The notes below the pieces were generated by a model. The model saw only the letters and a list, made by a program, of their open reading frames with translations, was not told the DNA's origin and ran no database searches. A DNA stretch of 64,000 nt, taken from positions 38,936,001-39,000,000 of the forward strand of contig OZ024741.1 of assembly GCA_964016885.1 (NCBI GenBank), in the 5' to 3' direction. The DNA comes from Eledone cirrhosa. Lineage: Eukaryota. Below are positions 14,016 through 27,724 of this stretch, one piece after another (position 1 is the first letter of the stretch; every line of letters begins with the position of its first letter). The position numbers and the translations under genes were made by a program.

Positions 14016-14417
14016 ATGCAGCGTCTGTGCGAGACTCTGCCTAAGCAAAGCTGGACTCGAAAGTCATCTTCGCAGTCATAAAGTAATACCAGTGGTTGAC
14101 TACCAGGCTGCTGTTGGAGATGCTACTCATCATGCTTGCCAAACATGTGGTAGAGAATGTAAATCAGCAGGAGGGCTCAAGCGACATGCAAAAGTACACG
14201 AACTCCAACCACAGCCGGCTATTCCCAGTGAATGTTTTGGTTGCCGACTCTGTGCAAGACATTTTAGATCATTGGCTCGGCTAAAAGGCCACATTCGATC
14301 GCAGCGCTGTTAGTTGCTATCGTGTGTGTGTAGAGATATGTTTATGTGTGCGCGCGTGTGTGTATATATATATGTATATGTATATCATTATTGTTGTTGT
14401 TGTCGTTATTATTATTG

Positions 14418-14449
<32 letters not shown>

Positions 14450-14633
14450 GTTATTAAGGTATATGTGTGTATGTATATATATATGTGTGTATATATGTAT
14501 ATGTATGTGCGTATATATATATATATATATATTTCTTTTTTTAATTTTATTTTTTTTATTTATTTATTAATATTTTTTTTGTTTTCCTCCTCGTGTGATG
14601 GCCATACTCGATAACGAGGGGGCAGCCATCATG
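14016..14633 (+). mobile_element. 3' end of an RTE-clade LINE with three C2H2-type fingers; 3' UTR interrupted by microsatellites
   Basis: [59 protein letters not shown]; terminus GGCCATACTCGATAACGAGGGGGCAGCCATCATGTATG resembles the 8409 family end. Confidence 0.7.
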
Positions 14634-14904
14634 TATGCATGTATGTTTGTGTGCGTATGAATGTGTGTGTGTGCATGCATCTATATATTTATGTATGTAT
14701 GTAAGTATGTATGTGTGTGTGTGTATGCATGTATATAGGTATGTATGTGTGTGTTTATATATGTGTATGTGTGTATGTGTGTATGTGTGTGTGTATGAAT
14801 GTCTGGGTGTGTATGCATGTATATATGTATGTATGTGTATGAGGTCGTGTAATTGTCACGACAAAAAAAACACAGTCAAACGCTGTAATGTGGTCGTGTA
14901 GGTA

Positions 14905-15099
14905 ACACGGTAAAAAGCTCCCAGCCCCACACTGTAAATCTGGTTGGTGTTAGGAAGGGCACCCAGCCGTAGAGAACCTGCCAGACAGTCCTATACGAGC
15001 GAGACACGGTCACCCGACCAATCTTGCCCCAAGTGGGACAATTCCCGTCTAAACCCATGCTAGTGTGGAAGATAGATGTTAAACGATGATGATGATGAT
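14905..15099 (+). mobile_element. SINE 3' portion with RTE-like tail ending in (GAT)n
   Basis: TTAGGAAGGGCACCCAGCCGTAG..CCCATGCTAGTGTGGAAGATAGATGTTAAACGATGATGAT; similar to the RTE end at ~47340-47390. Confidence 0.6.
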
Positions 15100-15550
15100 G
15101 TGTATGTATATGTGTATGTATATGTGTATGTATATGTGTATGTATATATGTATGTATATGTGTATGTATATGTGTATGTATATATGTATGTATATGTGTA
15201 TGTATATGTGTATGTATATATGTATGTATATGTGTATGTATATATGTATGTATATGTGTATGTATATATGTATGTATATGTGTATGTATATGTGTATGTA
15301 TATGTGTATGTATATGTGTATGTATATGTGTATGTATATGTGTATGTATATGTGTATGTATATGTGTATGTATATGTGTATGTATATATGTATGTATATG
15401 TGTATGTATATGTGTATGTATATGTGTATGTATATGTGTATGTATATGTGTATGTATATGTGTATGTATATGTGTATGTATATGTGTATGTATATATGTA
15501 TGTATATGTGTATGTATATGTGTATGTATATGTGTATGTATATGTGTATA
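15100..15550. repeat. (GTGTATGTATAT)n satellite-like tract
   Basis: Direct reading; 12-bp period built from 6-mers. Confidence 0.95.
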
Positions 15551-15650
15551 TAGTCGTAGGGAAATCGGGGTGTCTTGTGCATTTTAAACCTGATGGAGCC
15601 CATCCTCTCTCTAGGTCAGAACACAGTTAACTTCTTCCAGAGGAGGAGAA

Positions 15651-15752
<102 letters not shown>

Positions 15753-16483
15753 CAGTGTGTGTGTGTGTGTAAGAAAGAGAGGTGGGAAGAGGAAGTGAGA
15801 TAGATAGATAAGAGAATTAACTCCAATACTAAACTAACGCTTTTTTTATAGACCTCGATATTTGCGTATGCAACATTATAATTATCCTATGGGGAACATC
15901 CAAAGTTACTAAATTACTGAATATGAAACTGTGTGTCACGATGTGTCACCAATAAACAACATACACATACAGACACATGCTACTAAGATTAAAACATGCA
16001 CACATGGAAACACACACATACATACACCAAACACGCACCCAGAAACATCCCCCTCACATTTATAATTCACAAAACTCTCACACATACACACACACACACA
16101 TATACACTACTCCAACACACATACCTACACTAAAACAATCGCGCACCAAACACACACAGAAACACATACAAACAAAAATGGGAAGAATTTCGCACACTGA
16201 CGTAATTTATCCCATAGGTACATACATAATACTACTAATGATAGACCCGGCCGTTTCACAACCACATCGGTACACACCCTTGCATGCCCCACAAAATGGC
16301 CAGCCAACCTCAACCATCCTGATAAGTTTCTTTCTCTTTTCAACCTCCCAGGTCCCTCATTCTCCTAACTGTATTCTTTCCTGATGAAGGACTCACGCCC
16401 GATACACTAAAATATTCCTTTCCTTTTTCCAACAAGCGCGAAACTAATAGGACAATATGTAACTCTATTCCTGTGTTTAACTA

Positions 16484-16645
16484 TACGACTGTCTGCCTGC
16501 ACAACTTTATCGCGTATATCACCTCTCTGTACGACTGTGTGTCTGCATGCCTCCATCGTCTATCAGCACGACTGTCTATCTCCACAACTTTATCGCCTAT
16601 ATCACCTCTCTGCACGACTGTCTGTCTGCACAACTTTATCGCATA
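16484..16645. repeat. ~42-45-bp imperfect tandem repeat
   Basis: ACGACTGTCTG..CACAACTTTATCGC.TATATCACCTCTCTG repeated 3-4 times. Confidence 0.75.
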
Positions 16646-17016
16646 TAGAAGTAAATCCCGGCGTTGCTCGGCGCTGTTCAGTAGCTATGTTAAAGTTACA
16701 ATGTTAAGTTCCTTTCACATTCATCTGTAGAACAAACGTAGCCTATGAGTCAAGTTTTGTGTAAATCGATTGCGAACACCAGAAGTTATGACATTTTGTT
16801 GCATTGCACTGCAGTGCTTCAGTCGACTCCAAGGAAGTGATTAAAGGGGGTTATCTGCCGGGAGGCCCTCTAATCAATATCTGGAAAAATGAAAGTGCCC
16901 ATGACCATCCGGAGTACATAAGTAACCTATGTCTTAAGATAGGTGAAAATACTGTAGAAAAGCATAAGGTTTACACACACACATGCAGCCCCGAGCAACG
17001 CCGGGCTTTACTGCTA

Positions 17017-17017
<1 letters not shown>
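16646..17017. mobile_element. Non-autonomous element with ~31-bp terminal inverted repeats resembling Helitron 3' ends
   Basis: TAGAAGTAAATCCCGGCGTTGCTCGGCGCTG .. CAGCCCCGAGCAACGCCGGGCTTTACTGCTAG|T. Confidence 0.65.
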
Positions 17018-17048
<31 letters not shown>

Positions 17049-17051
<3 letters not shown>

Positions 17052-17240
17052 AAAATGATTAACCCCGGCGGCAGAGCTCAAGCCGTTTCGACGGCTATAT
17101 CTGGACTTGAGAAAAAGCCGCCGAAACGGCTTGAGCTCTACCGTCGGAGTTAAACATTTTCCTATTACCCACTCTACTACCCTAAGTATTGAGTACTCTG
17201 GTGCGTTATAATCCATCTGGTTCCTTACCAGACCTCCTTC

Positions 17241-17241
<1 letters not shown>
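17049..17241 (+). mobile_element. ~190-bp fold-back element, copy C
   Basis: Imperfect inverted repeat 17049-17163 plus the conserved tail; (TA)n flanks. Confidence 0.88.
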
Positions 17242-17277
<36 letters not shown>

Positions 17278-17283
<6 letters not shown>

Positions 17284-17603
17284 TAAGAAAAAGCGAAGTA
17301 GTTTCAGATGTTAAATTCCTTTAATGATAATGCTGTGATACATATTTCAATGACGACAGTGGCCACACGCTTCCGTGTACCCAGTGCCGTGACATCATCA
17401 GACAGCTTGTCTGATGTCACGGCACTGGCGCACCGAACCGTGTGGCCACTGTCGTAATTGAAATATGTATCACAGCATTATCATTAAAGGACTTAACATC
17501 TGAAACTACTTCGCTTTTTCTTATTCGATATATACTCCGTCACTCCTAAGTGGAAAAAGTACGTTGAGTGCTTGAATTGAATTGCATCAATATTTACCTT
17601 AAG
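17278..17603 (+). mobile_element. ~250-bp palindrome plus tail in (TA)n, hammerhead-containing
   Basis: Arms 17278-17404 and 17408-17529; unique ~70-bp tail. Confidence 0.82.
17332..17406 (-). ncRNA. Type I hammerhead motif with long stem II
   Basis: Reverse complement GCTGT-CTGATGA-long imperfect hairpin (ACACG GAAG CGTGT apex)-GAA-ATATGTAT-C-ACAGC. Confidence 0.68.
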
Positions 17604-17614
17604 TATATATATAT

Positions 17615-17802
17615 AACGAAGGAATGTGGTAAGGAACCAGGTGGACCATAACGCACCAAAGTACTCAATACTTGGGGTAGTAGAGTGGGTAATAGGAACA
17701 AGTAAGACCCCGACGGCTGAGCTCAAGCCGTTTCGACGGCTAATTCTGTACAGAATTAGCCGTCGAAACGGCTTGAGCTCAGCCGTCGGGGTCTTACTTG
17801 TT

Positions 17803-17805
<3 letters not shown>
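17615..17805 (-). mobile_element. ~190-bp fold-back element, copy D
   Basis: Perfect inverted repeat 17694-17805 with the reversed tail on the left; (TA)n flanks. Confidence 0.9.
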
Positions 17806-17852
<47 letters not shown>

Positions 17853-18147
17853 TATATATATATATATACATATATACCGTTGAGGTTAACAAGTGTATGA
17901 CTTAGTTGAACGGTTCAACTTGGATATCCGTACACGATAGATGATAGCTGGTGTTTGACGTCATAAATGTGGTTCAAGATTTAAGCCTACTTCTATAAAC
18001 CTGGAACTTAAAAAGAAACAGCAAAAAATGGCAAGACAAATTTTTTAACATTTCTTTTTAAACTTGGTTTAGCTTCGTTAAAAATAACAACAGCTGTAAT
18101 AAAAACTTTGCTAAGCAAAATAATAACAAATGTACATACATACATAG

Positions 18148-18235
<88 letters not shown>

Positions 18236-18265
18236 ATGTATATGTATGTATATATATATAGATTT

Positions 18266-18309
<44 letters not shown>

Positions 18310-18960
18310 CACATATATATATATATATATTTACACATACACACACACACACAGATATATATATAACAAAGAAAAAGGTGTATAAAATTAAGCTATTCTA
18401 AGTAGATTATTCGTACTTGTTTCTTTTCTTTTTCTTTTAATGAATATGTAATTATATATTATTTGCACTTGAATTCGGTGCAACAACATTATCGGAAACC
18501 ACGTGAAATCTGTTTCCCCTTTCTGCATCATTGCAGATTTTGAGAAATAGCATGGTCGGCTTACAAAGAATAAAACACATTTGTTCTTAATTAAAACAAC
18601 CAGTAAACACAACAAAAGACATAAGAAGTACTGTTGCAATTCATAGTCCATCTGTTACCAACGATATTTTTGTGTAATGGATTCTTCGTCGCTTTCGACG
18701 ATGAGCATTCAGTACAGTTGGTGTGGTGAAATTAATGTGCAAGTGATTCGGTATTCTTAATTGTATTACTATGTGATGGATCTTCATCGGCGTCGACGAT
18801 GAACATACAGCTGTTTTCGATCAACTGATCGTCCATTTACTGAAATTAACCTGCGCCCTTAACGTAACTCTCAAGCCGAGTCATCATGACAGGGTATGGG
18901 ACAAAGCTTGTTCTTTGAATTACATGTATATCTGCTTGTTCTTGTTTTCTTCTTCTTCTT

Positions 18961-19007
18961 CTACTACTACTGCTACTACTACTACTACTACTACTACTAC
19001 CACAATA

Positions 19008-19038
<31 letters not shown>

Positions 19039-19262
19039 TACTACTACTACTACTACTACCACAATCACTACTACTACTACTACTACTACTATGGTGATAT
19101 TTTGTAAGTCTGAGCCACTCATGTTAAAAGATCTGGATATGTTAGTTAACAAATTGACAAAGACCTCTCACTACATCCTCTCCTGTGCTTTAAATAGACA
19201 AAACTTTCATTAAAATTCTGGCTGTATGAAGAAGTGCTCTCTCCTGCATGGCCTGTAATTTT
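18961..19262 (-). mobile_element. Short 3' fragment of an R4-clade element with (TAG)n tail
   Basis: Minus strand MQERALLHTARILMKVLSI*, then a 3' UTR, then (TAG)n. Confidence 0.6.
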
Positions 19263-19334
19263 ACAGCAAAATTGCTGGCCCTGTGCCTATAGTAGAAATC
19301 ATCATTATTATTAAAGAAACTATTATTACTACTA

Positions 19335-22300
19335 TTATTATTTTATGTGCGTTTGGTAGGGGGGAATGTTTCTTCTATTGTATTGAAAGTGCTCTTCGTA
19401 ATATATGTGCAGTGCCTAGTAGCACTATTTTCTGCATGGTGTATATATTTGCTTATGTACCTGTTTGTGTGATTCTTATCCTTTCCAGAATATCATAGAG
19501 ATTGTTTATGTGTTTTATCATTCAAATGTGGCTTACTTCTATCTCCAGATCTTTATATTTGGATAATTTGTCTAATTACCTCTTTGATATACTGTCGTCT
19601 GTCAAGGTTGATACGCCAATTAGTGTTGTGGGGAAAAAACCCTGAAAACACCCACGCAACTAAAAGTGGACTAGGCGAATAGTCTATAAATAAGAACGGA
19701 AGTGAACGGTCAGGTAGACTGCGTGTACGAAGTCTCGTTGGTAGTTCGGAATTACATCTGGTGAATTCCTTGGGTCGTACAGATATACAAAACAGGTGTG
19801 TCACACCATTATAACAATTAGGTGGCATTTCTTCTCCTCGCGGTTTTGAATACAATATCTGCTCGATGGGCTTTGATCTCCCTATCTGTGTGTATTAGCA
19901 TATCTCCGAGTACGGTTGCTTTGCCATTCCCTGACATCTTTTCTGGAATATGCCTGTATCACGTATTTTTTACTGGTATTTCGTCATCTTCGCATAACGT
20001 TTAGTGTACGTAAATCCCAATTCTGATATATCTGTGGATATATTCTTTTTTGGCTATGACTAGGCATCCCAAAGGCATATTGATGCTTATCTCTTTCACA
20101 TCACAACATATGCTGCAGTTACTGTGCTCTTGCTCATTATATATTCTTGGTGGTTATTGCTGGGGGAGTTTTGATGCCATGAGGCAATTCAGAATCCTTC
20201 AGTCTTGGCTTCTACTTCAGCACTTCTTAACTTCTTGTGAATTTTGCTTGTCTACTTCTTCCATATTCAACCTTTTCGTGTATTGGCAATGTAGTGACTT
20301 TTCTTGTCATCATCTCAACATCGCATTCAGGAGATCTGTTTTCAATTAAGATTTTATCTTTTGCACAACTTATGTAGTTGTTTTTTTTTTAAATTCTTTT
20401 TTCATTTTCTTCATAACTGTCTGTCAATTCAGTTTCTGTTTTGTATTTGTTGTCCTCTTTGAAGACAGGAAATAATTATTTTTGCTTAGTTTCATGCTTC
20501 CTGGCTGAGTTATTCTTCATTAGATATTTTCGAAGTAGTGTAATAGATATTGTATAATAGTTTCCAAGTTGCATAAATCCCCTAGCACACTATGTCTATG
20601 ATAGGTATAATCTTTCTATATCTGATTTCGGGTCGTGCATTCTAAATGCAGTCTTGATTTTCTGTCTAATCATGCACTTTATTTTAGTGTTCAATTTAGA
20701 ATATAAAAACTGGAGCTTATTACAGAGACATATTATTTTATTCATTGCATTTAGTTTTGTTTTAAGTAATAAGGTAACGCACGTATGATATTCGTTTCTA
20801 TTCTTTTCTTTCATTTGTGTGTGTTGAGCTCTGTCTAGTTCATTGATTCCTATATATTTGTATGGCTGTTTCATCTAATTCTCTCATCTCAGTTTTTTTT
20901 TATCAAGCTTGATATTAGAGTTTTCATTAGTTTTACTCTCGCCATGATTGCCTTATAGCAGTTGACTAATCTAAATTTCCTGTTTATTCCTTTCTAATAT
21001 CCGCAGCAATGTTTCCAGTTAACTATCGTTTGCATCGTATAGTATGAGATCGTCCATGTACAGGAGATGGCTAATTTTCTAGCCGTAGCATTTATTTTGA
21101 TGATACAAGAAAATTAATCATCTCCTGTAGATGGACGATCTCATACTGTACGCTGCAAACGATAGTTAACTAGAAATATTGTTTTGATGCCCAGTCATTT
21201 TATTAATCTCAGTTAATGGTGTCAGCACCAGGCAAAAGATGAATGATGATAGAGGGCTTCTTTGTTAATTGGGGTGGGGCCTGTATCATAACTCCCTCAT
21301 TTTCCTGTATATACAGGACTGTTTGCTAATTACTCAGGCCATGGTTGGTTAATTATTTTGAGTGTTGGTGTTATGTTGTTCATGGTTAGTGTGTCTAGTA
21401 CCCACATGTGGGGAACACTGTCAAACGCCTTCTGGTAATCATTCCATGCCATGCTATGATTTGTCCCCTCTTTCAGTAAGACTTCGTTTATGACTTTGTT
21501 TATAAGTAACTGGTCAATATAGCCATAAGAACTTCTGCAACATTCTTTATGCACTTCTGGAAACAGATTATTTTTGTTCAGGTGTTTGGTCAGTCTTTAC
21601 GATATTATTGCAAGTAAGATATAGTAAACTGTAAGAAGGCAAGTTTTAGGCCTGTAATTTAGGTTTGCTGTGTCACATTATTCTTGGGATCAGGATGGTT
21701 TCCTCATAGTGAGATAGTTAGGTGTTATTTCTGGCTCTGTCAACACCTCATTAAACGTTGTTGCATGCACCCCATGTGTCCCTGTTAGATATTTCAACCA
21801 GAAGTTTGGGATCTCGTCATGTCTTGGTTCCTTGCAGTTGCTTGCTTTTTTTTTTTTAAGAGTCTGTTGGACATTTCTTCTGCTGTGATAACTTTCCACA
21901 GCTGTTCAGATGATGTGTTTGTTGTTCTATCCAGTCATGTGAGTTGTAATTCCTCTGCTGGTCACAGTCTTCTCCAGAACTCCTCTACTTCTTTTTCGTC
22001 TGGTGCTACATAGATCTCTATTGTGTTCCTTCTAAGTTCCTGCTAGAGTCATTTTAGGCTGGAGTGAAATTAATGATTTTGTTCAAAGAACCGTTGGCCT
22101 TTATCATATCTCCTAATTCTTTATATCTTTGCAAGTATTTGTTGTTTTAGGTGTTCCTTAGTTTCAGTGATTTCCTTTCCTAATGCATTATATTTTTAAG
22201 TATTTTTATTTCTATACTTTTTCCCAGTTGTGTTGTTTTCTTTCCTATTCAATTTAAGAACATCTTTATCTTATTTTCTATCCTTTTTCTGTTTCCCATG

Positions 22301-22900
22301 TTTGCGTAGATTTTGCTATTCTTGTTTGTGTAGAACTAAGAGAATACCCAGATTCTTTTGTAACAGTAGCTGCTGCATTTATTATGTCACTTTAGCCCTG
22401 TGAAACTGGTATTAATTAGGTTTCCTATGAATAGGATAGCTTTGTTACCGTCGTTGCTATTTTATCCTGCTTTATCTATAGGAGGTGCATTCTTTGGTCC
22501 CTAAGAAAATCTTCAATAGCTTGCGGTTATTGGGTTATTTACATCTTTATTCCTTTGTGGTCTTGAATTAGGGGTTTCTGTTCCCAATATCTCCCTCCTC
22601 ATATTTCCTTTCATTTACATCTTTGTTTGTTGTTCGAAATCAGTTTTTGTTGGTCAATATTATATCTTTTAAGATGTGGATTTGTTGCAATCTTTTGCTT
22701 ATTTCCATTGTTTACATGTTCAGTGTTTCAATTTTTGTTAGTTATTTATGTCCGTTGTTTGTATTTTCTTAGTGTATTCCTTCTTTTAGATGTTCTATTT
22801 CAATTCCTAATTTTTTTTTTACTATATATTTTCTTTGGATTGATAATCTATCGTGATCGAGTTATTAAATCAAGGTAAGAATTATTTTTCTCGCATATTT
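19335..22900 (-). mobile_element. Degenerate R4/Dong-clade retrotransposon (RT + RLE); 5' boundary approximate
   Basis: GYIDQLLINK, MAWNDYQKAFDSVPH, ISHLLYMDDL, YKYIG, DIERLYL, SKYKDLEIE, QKIVLLGTAHILRRAL; many stops and frameshifts. Confidence 0.82.
19624..19816. mobile_element. Solo LTR inserted in the R4 endonuclease domain
   Basis: TGTTGTG..TTATAACA termini; exact 5-bp TSD ATTAG (19619-19623, 19817-19821); R4 sequence resumes on both sides; TATAAATA inside. Confidence 0.78.
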
Positions 22901-23610
22901 TATACGAATATGCTGTTGTATTTCCGTTTTTAGGATAGTGTTGTAGAAATATGTTCCCTATCTTCTCAGTTTTATTTGTAAAATTTTAGGGGTAAAACCC
23001 GACCCTTTCTTTAGATTGTCGTTTCTGTTTGTTTGTTTCTAAGATTTTAAATTTTGTACGTATTGGCTTTCATCCTTTTCTATATCAAATTCAAAGTAAT
23101 ACCTCTGTATGATTTGGTAGAAATTTCCGGTGCTTATCTTTGTTGTTTCGTGTTTGTTTGTGTGTAATTATTTTGTTTTTATATCCATCTTCCATTACAC
23201 ACGGACGTTTTTATAATATGAACATTTGTAATATATCAACAAACAATACATTTTATGAGTATTATTTACATGCGTCAGTTTTGTTGTTTCTGTTTTGTTG
23301 TGTTTTGATTTGTTGCTGTAGTTGTTTTACTCATTGTTATTCAGGGTTTGTAATCTCTCCGTATCAAAGCGTTGCGGCTGCTTTTCAAACACTGATTGCA
23401 TCTTTCACACATGCTTCCAATGTCAACAATGTATTTTAAATAATAGAGACAAACCATACATTATATATTTTTTGATAGGGTTCGTTAGTTCTAGTTTAGT
23501 ATAGCCTTCATTTTTCTGGTTAAATTTACTTTTGTCTTCGTGATGTTGTGCGAGTTATTTCATTCCTTGCGGGGAGCAATGCTTAAGACGTTCTTGGTTT
23601 GGCAGTAAAG

Positions 23611-23803
23611 GGCGGTGGATTGGCAGTATCGGTAGAGAGTCAGACACCATGCTTTGCAGCATAGAGTTACGGCCCTTTATGATCTGAGTTCAACTCCCGC
23701 CGAGGTTAACTTTGCTTTTCATCCTTACTGGGTCGATAAAATAAAGTACCAGTAATGCACTGGGATAATTGCTGGGCCTGTGCCAAACGTAGAAACAATT
23801 ATT
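23611..23803 (+). mobile_element. tRNA-derived SINE with Nin/Deu-like core
   Basis: A box TGGCAGTATCGG, B box GAGTTCAACTCCC, core TTTCATCCTTAC.GGGTCGATAAAATAAAGTACCAG; about ten related copies in the window. Confidence 0.8.
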
Positions 23804-24022
23804 AATGTATCTAATTGGGCTGCCAAGCACTCACAGCACTTTACAAGCTGAAAAACGGGACAGAAGACCGGAAAACGACAATTGCATACTATTGAGGGTT
23901 AGATGAAGGTATAAGCAGCGATGACCTGGGAGCGTCTATGGGAGTAGACGTGGACTGTTTAAACAGGCTCTTCTGGAGGTGTTTTAGGTCGGGGATTATG
24001 CTTAGCATGGCAGTGCGACAGA

Positions 24023-24195
24023 CAGTCTCGGATTTACCATTGTGCTTAGGTGTGCTTAACCACAGGGCCCCGTTGGAAGGGGCCCCGTCCACTTTCCCCG
24101 CAAAATGTTTACCGGACCTAACTCCTTCAGGGCCCAAGTAAGGGACTTCATAAATTAACTAGCACAGGGCACCATTTGTCTTGAATCCTGCACTG
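24023..24195. mobile_element. hAT-type MITE
   Basis: Imperfect TIRs CAGTCTCGGATT / AATCCTGCACTG; 8-bp TSD GCGACAGA / GCTACAGA (7/8); internal CAGGGCCC motifs. Confidence 0.65.
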
Positions 24196-24912
24196 GCTAC
24201 AGAGGAGTATTACTAGATAGAGACAAGCTCTATAGGCATGGAACTGCCAGAAGCTGAACCTGACCTAGATACACACCTGGAAACTAAACTGCCCTGCATG
24301 CTATCGCCCCGTGTCCGTGCATTGCAAACTTGTGGGCTTATGCCGAACATCTGCTAACCTGTGTAGGACAGATTTGCATATCAGCCGTAATCTAATGAGA
24401 ATTAAACCATCACCATACTACACGCACACACATATATATGTGCATATACACATACATGTGCTTGCACACACAGATATATATATACAAAATTAAGATAAAT
24501 CAAAATGAATTTAATCTAAATCAAAATTATGGGTGTCATGCTACAAGGCATGCGCCATATCACCTGTAAAATAAGCTCCAAGATTCTAATGAATAGGTCC
24601 GAGCATTTTATAACAACTAGAAATTGATTAACATATAAATAAAGATATGAAACAATCACAGGGGATAATTTTTACAAGTGTGTAAGCACACACAGCTAGG
24701 TAGGTAACTAAATAAAGTTAACTAGAACTTCAAAAATAGATACCTTATAATATAATTAATCTTCCCTGTATATATTCCATTAAAGAAATATATTTCACCA
24801 ATTAATCAAATGGTAAACCATATATATATATATATGGAAAAGAATGAGTATGTACACGTATGAGTATGTACATATAAGTATGTACACGTACATACATATA
24901 TATGTATGTACG

Positions 24913-25290
24913 GTAATTCGGGTATATAGTCTTTGGGTATAGATGTATATGAGATTCTATATATTTGAATGTATACACTTGTGTAAGTGTGTGTATATGA
25001 GATTCTATATATTTGAATGTATACACTTGTGTAAGTGTGTATGTGTATATATATATATATATATATATACATACACACTTACACAAGTGTATACATTCAA
25101 ATATATAGAATCTCATATACATCTATACCCAAAGACTATATACCCGAATTTAACCACTCTCAAGTTCGCACCTATATAGGCCAAAATAATGATATTTACA
25201 CTCACATGTGATATTTAAATCAATCACATGTATTTTGTCGTAGTTAATACTATGGGGTACTACTACCAAGTGCTATTATTCAATGCATCC
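24913..25290 (+). repeat. Fold-back plus tail element centred on (TA)n
   Basis: Arms ~24915-25040 and ~25073-25150 (AATTCGGGTATATAGTCTTTGGG../..CCCAAAGACTATATACCCGAATT); left arm has a ~44-bp tandem duplication. Confidence 0.72.
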
Positions 25291-25326
<36 letters not shown>

Positions 25327-25696
25327 TTGTTGTTTATTTTGTCCTTTGAAACGATCGTAACACATTGGATTAATTAAATACTAAATTTTGTCTTATATGC
25401 TTTCATTATTCAACATTCAGTCTCTGCACCTTTTTGAATACTTATGTAATAACATACCACTTTTCCGCGAAAACTAATTCGCTACGCTTCCTTGAGTCTA
25501 AGAGGTTTATAAGTCCTACCTTAGTCGCGTAGAATATTAATATGTATGTATATACATATCTCTAATACCCCGTCCATTATCACACCCCTAGATTTCTATC
25601 GCTTTCTCTTTGCTCATAGCTTCGCACTTACATGAACACACAGTTTTACTCACATATACCCACATATCTCTTCTTAGCTTCGTACGGACCTATAAC

Positions 25697-25922
<226 letters not shown>

Positions 25923-26146
25923 CTTACACGTGCTCAAGTATAGCTCTTTTTACAAAACATTCTTTTTCCATTTCACGTAGACGCGCGCCATCATCCAATT
26001 TTCTAAAAAACAAATCATACACAAAACGCCAGCACCAACAGTTTTGCAAGAGATGTCAACATAAATTGACCTATTATTTTCAACTAAAGACATTTTTTCC
26101 AATTCCATCCCGCCTGTCCCCTTAATCTATTTTATTTCTCCTTCTT

Positions 26147-26182
26147 TCTTCTGATGAAGGACTAGCGTCCGAAACGTTAAGA
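26147..26182 (+). ncRNA. Minimal hammerhead-like motif; homologues at 46931-46967 (minus) and, degenerate, at 16377-16412
   Basis: TCTT-CTGATGA-A-GGAC TAGC GTCC-GAAACGTT-AAGA. Confidence 0.62.
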
Positions 26183-26266
26183 CCCACTTCCTGCTATATC
26201 AAGCGTTAACTCAATATAAACCTTCCATATACTGTACCGATTGTGTTGTTATTTCTGTTTACCTTT

Positions 26267-26298
<32 letters not shown>

Positions 26299-26310
26299 TA
26301 TATATGTATG

Positions 26311-26362
<52 letters not shown>

Positions 26363-26481
26363 ACTGTATACATATATACATATGTATATATATATATATA
26401 CACATATGCATATATGTACATACACACATTCACACACATACATACATATATATATTATATTATATATATATATATATAATA

Positions 26482-26517
<36 letters not shown>

Positions 26518-27043
26518 TGTATGTATGTATGTATGTATGTATGTATATGTATATGAATCTGTAGTGATTTCCAGGGGTTTATTGAGGAGAAGGGATCACT
26601 TTTCAATTGGCTTTGACCTGAGCATCGCTGGTTTTTATTTTATCAATATTCGAAAGTTTTAGTCACTCGGGCTTTTTAACCTATTAAATAATAAACGTTA
26701 CACCACCTGATCTATCTTCTCCTTTATTTCCCCTTCTTACCTTTTCACCTCCTCAGAGTCCTTCTCTTTTGTCCGAACGCTTGATTGTAGTCCAGATATA
26801 TTTTTTCTATTTTTCTCTTTCTGTTCTTTCTATATATTTTCCGTCTTTATTTGTGTAATTCCCCAAAATGCACAACACGTCCTGTCTTTATCTGTTCTGT
26901 TGCGTCACAATGTGCATTGGAATGAATACTATCAACCTTCATGCACTGAAACTATAGTGATTTCAAGAGGTTGACTGAAGAGAAGAAATTATTCGTCTTT
27001 CCGTTGTTTTTTTCTGTTGTCTTTGTCCTACACGCCCCCTCTT

Positions 27044-27168
<125 letters not shown>

Positions 27169-27173
27169 GTATA

Positions 27174-27246
<73 letters not shown>

Positions 27247-27267
27247 GTATATATATATATGTATATA

Positions 27268-27416
<149 letters not shown>

Positions 27417-27417
27417 G

Positions 27418-27475
<58 letters not shown>

Positions 27476-27690
27476 TATAGGAAAGGGTGAATGCCTGGTC
27501 TAAAAGTGTTCCAAAATCTTGGAGCACCTCAGGCTATAGACGTTTTCCCTTGGTTGCGTCTCACGATCTGAACAACTCTTAATAGAATTTCGATCTTGAA
27601 ATTGCAGAGATATTCTCGGTTCATTTAATTTCTTCCCACACGCCATATTCAAACTGGGAGACCTTTTATGTATCTATCATAAAAAAAGAT

Positions 27691-27720
<30 letters not shown>

Positions 27721-27724
<4 letters not shown>

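Noticed and set aside
14016-14313. Host C2H2 zinc-finger gene
   Set aside because: No TGEKP linkers; followed by an RTE-type terminus and flanked by (ATGT)n.
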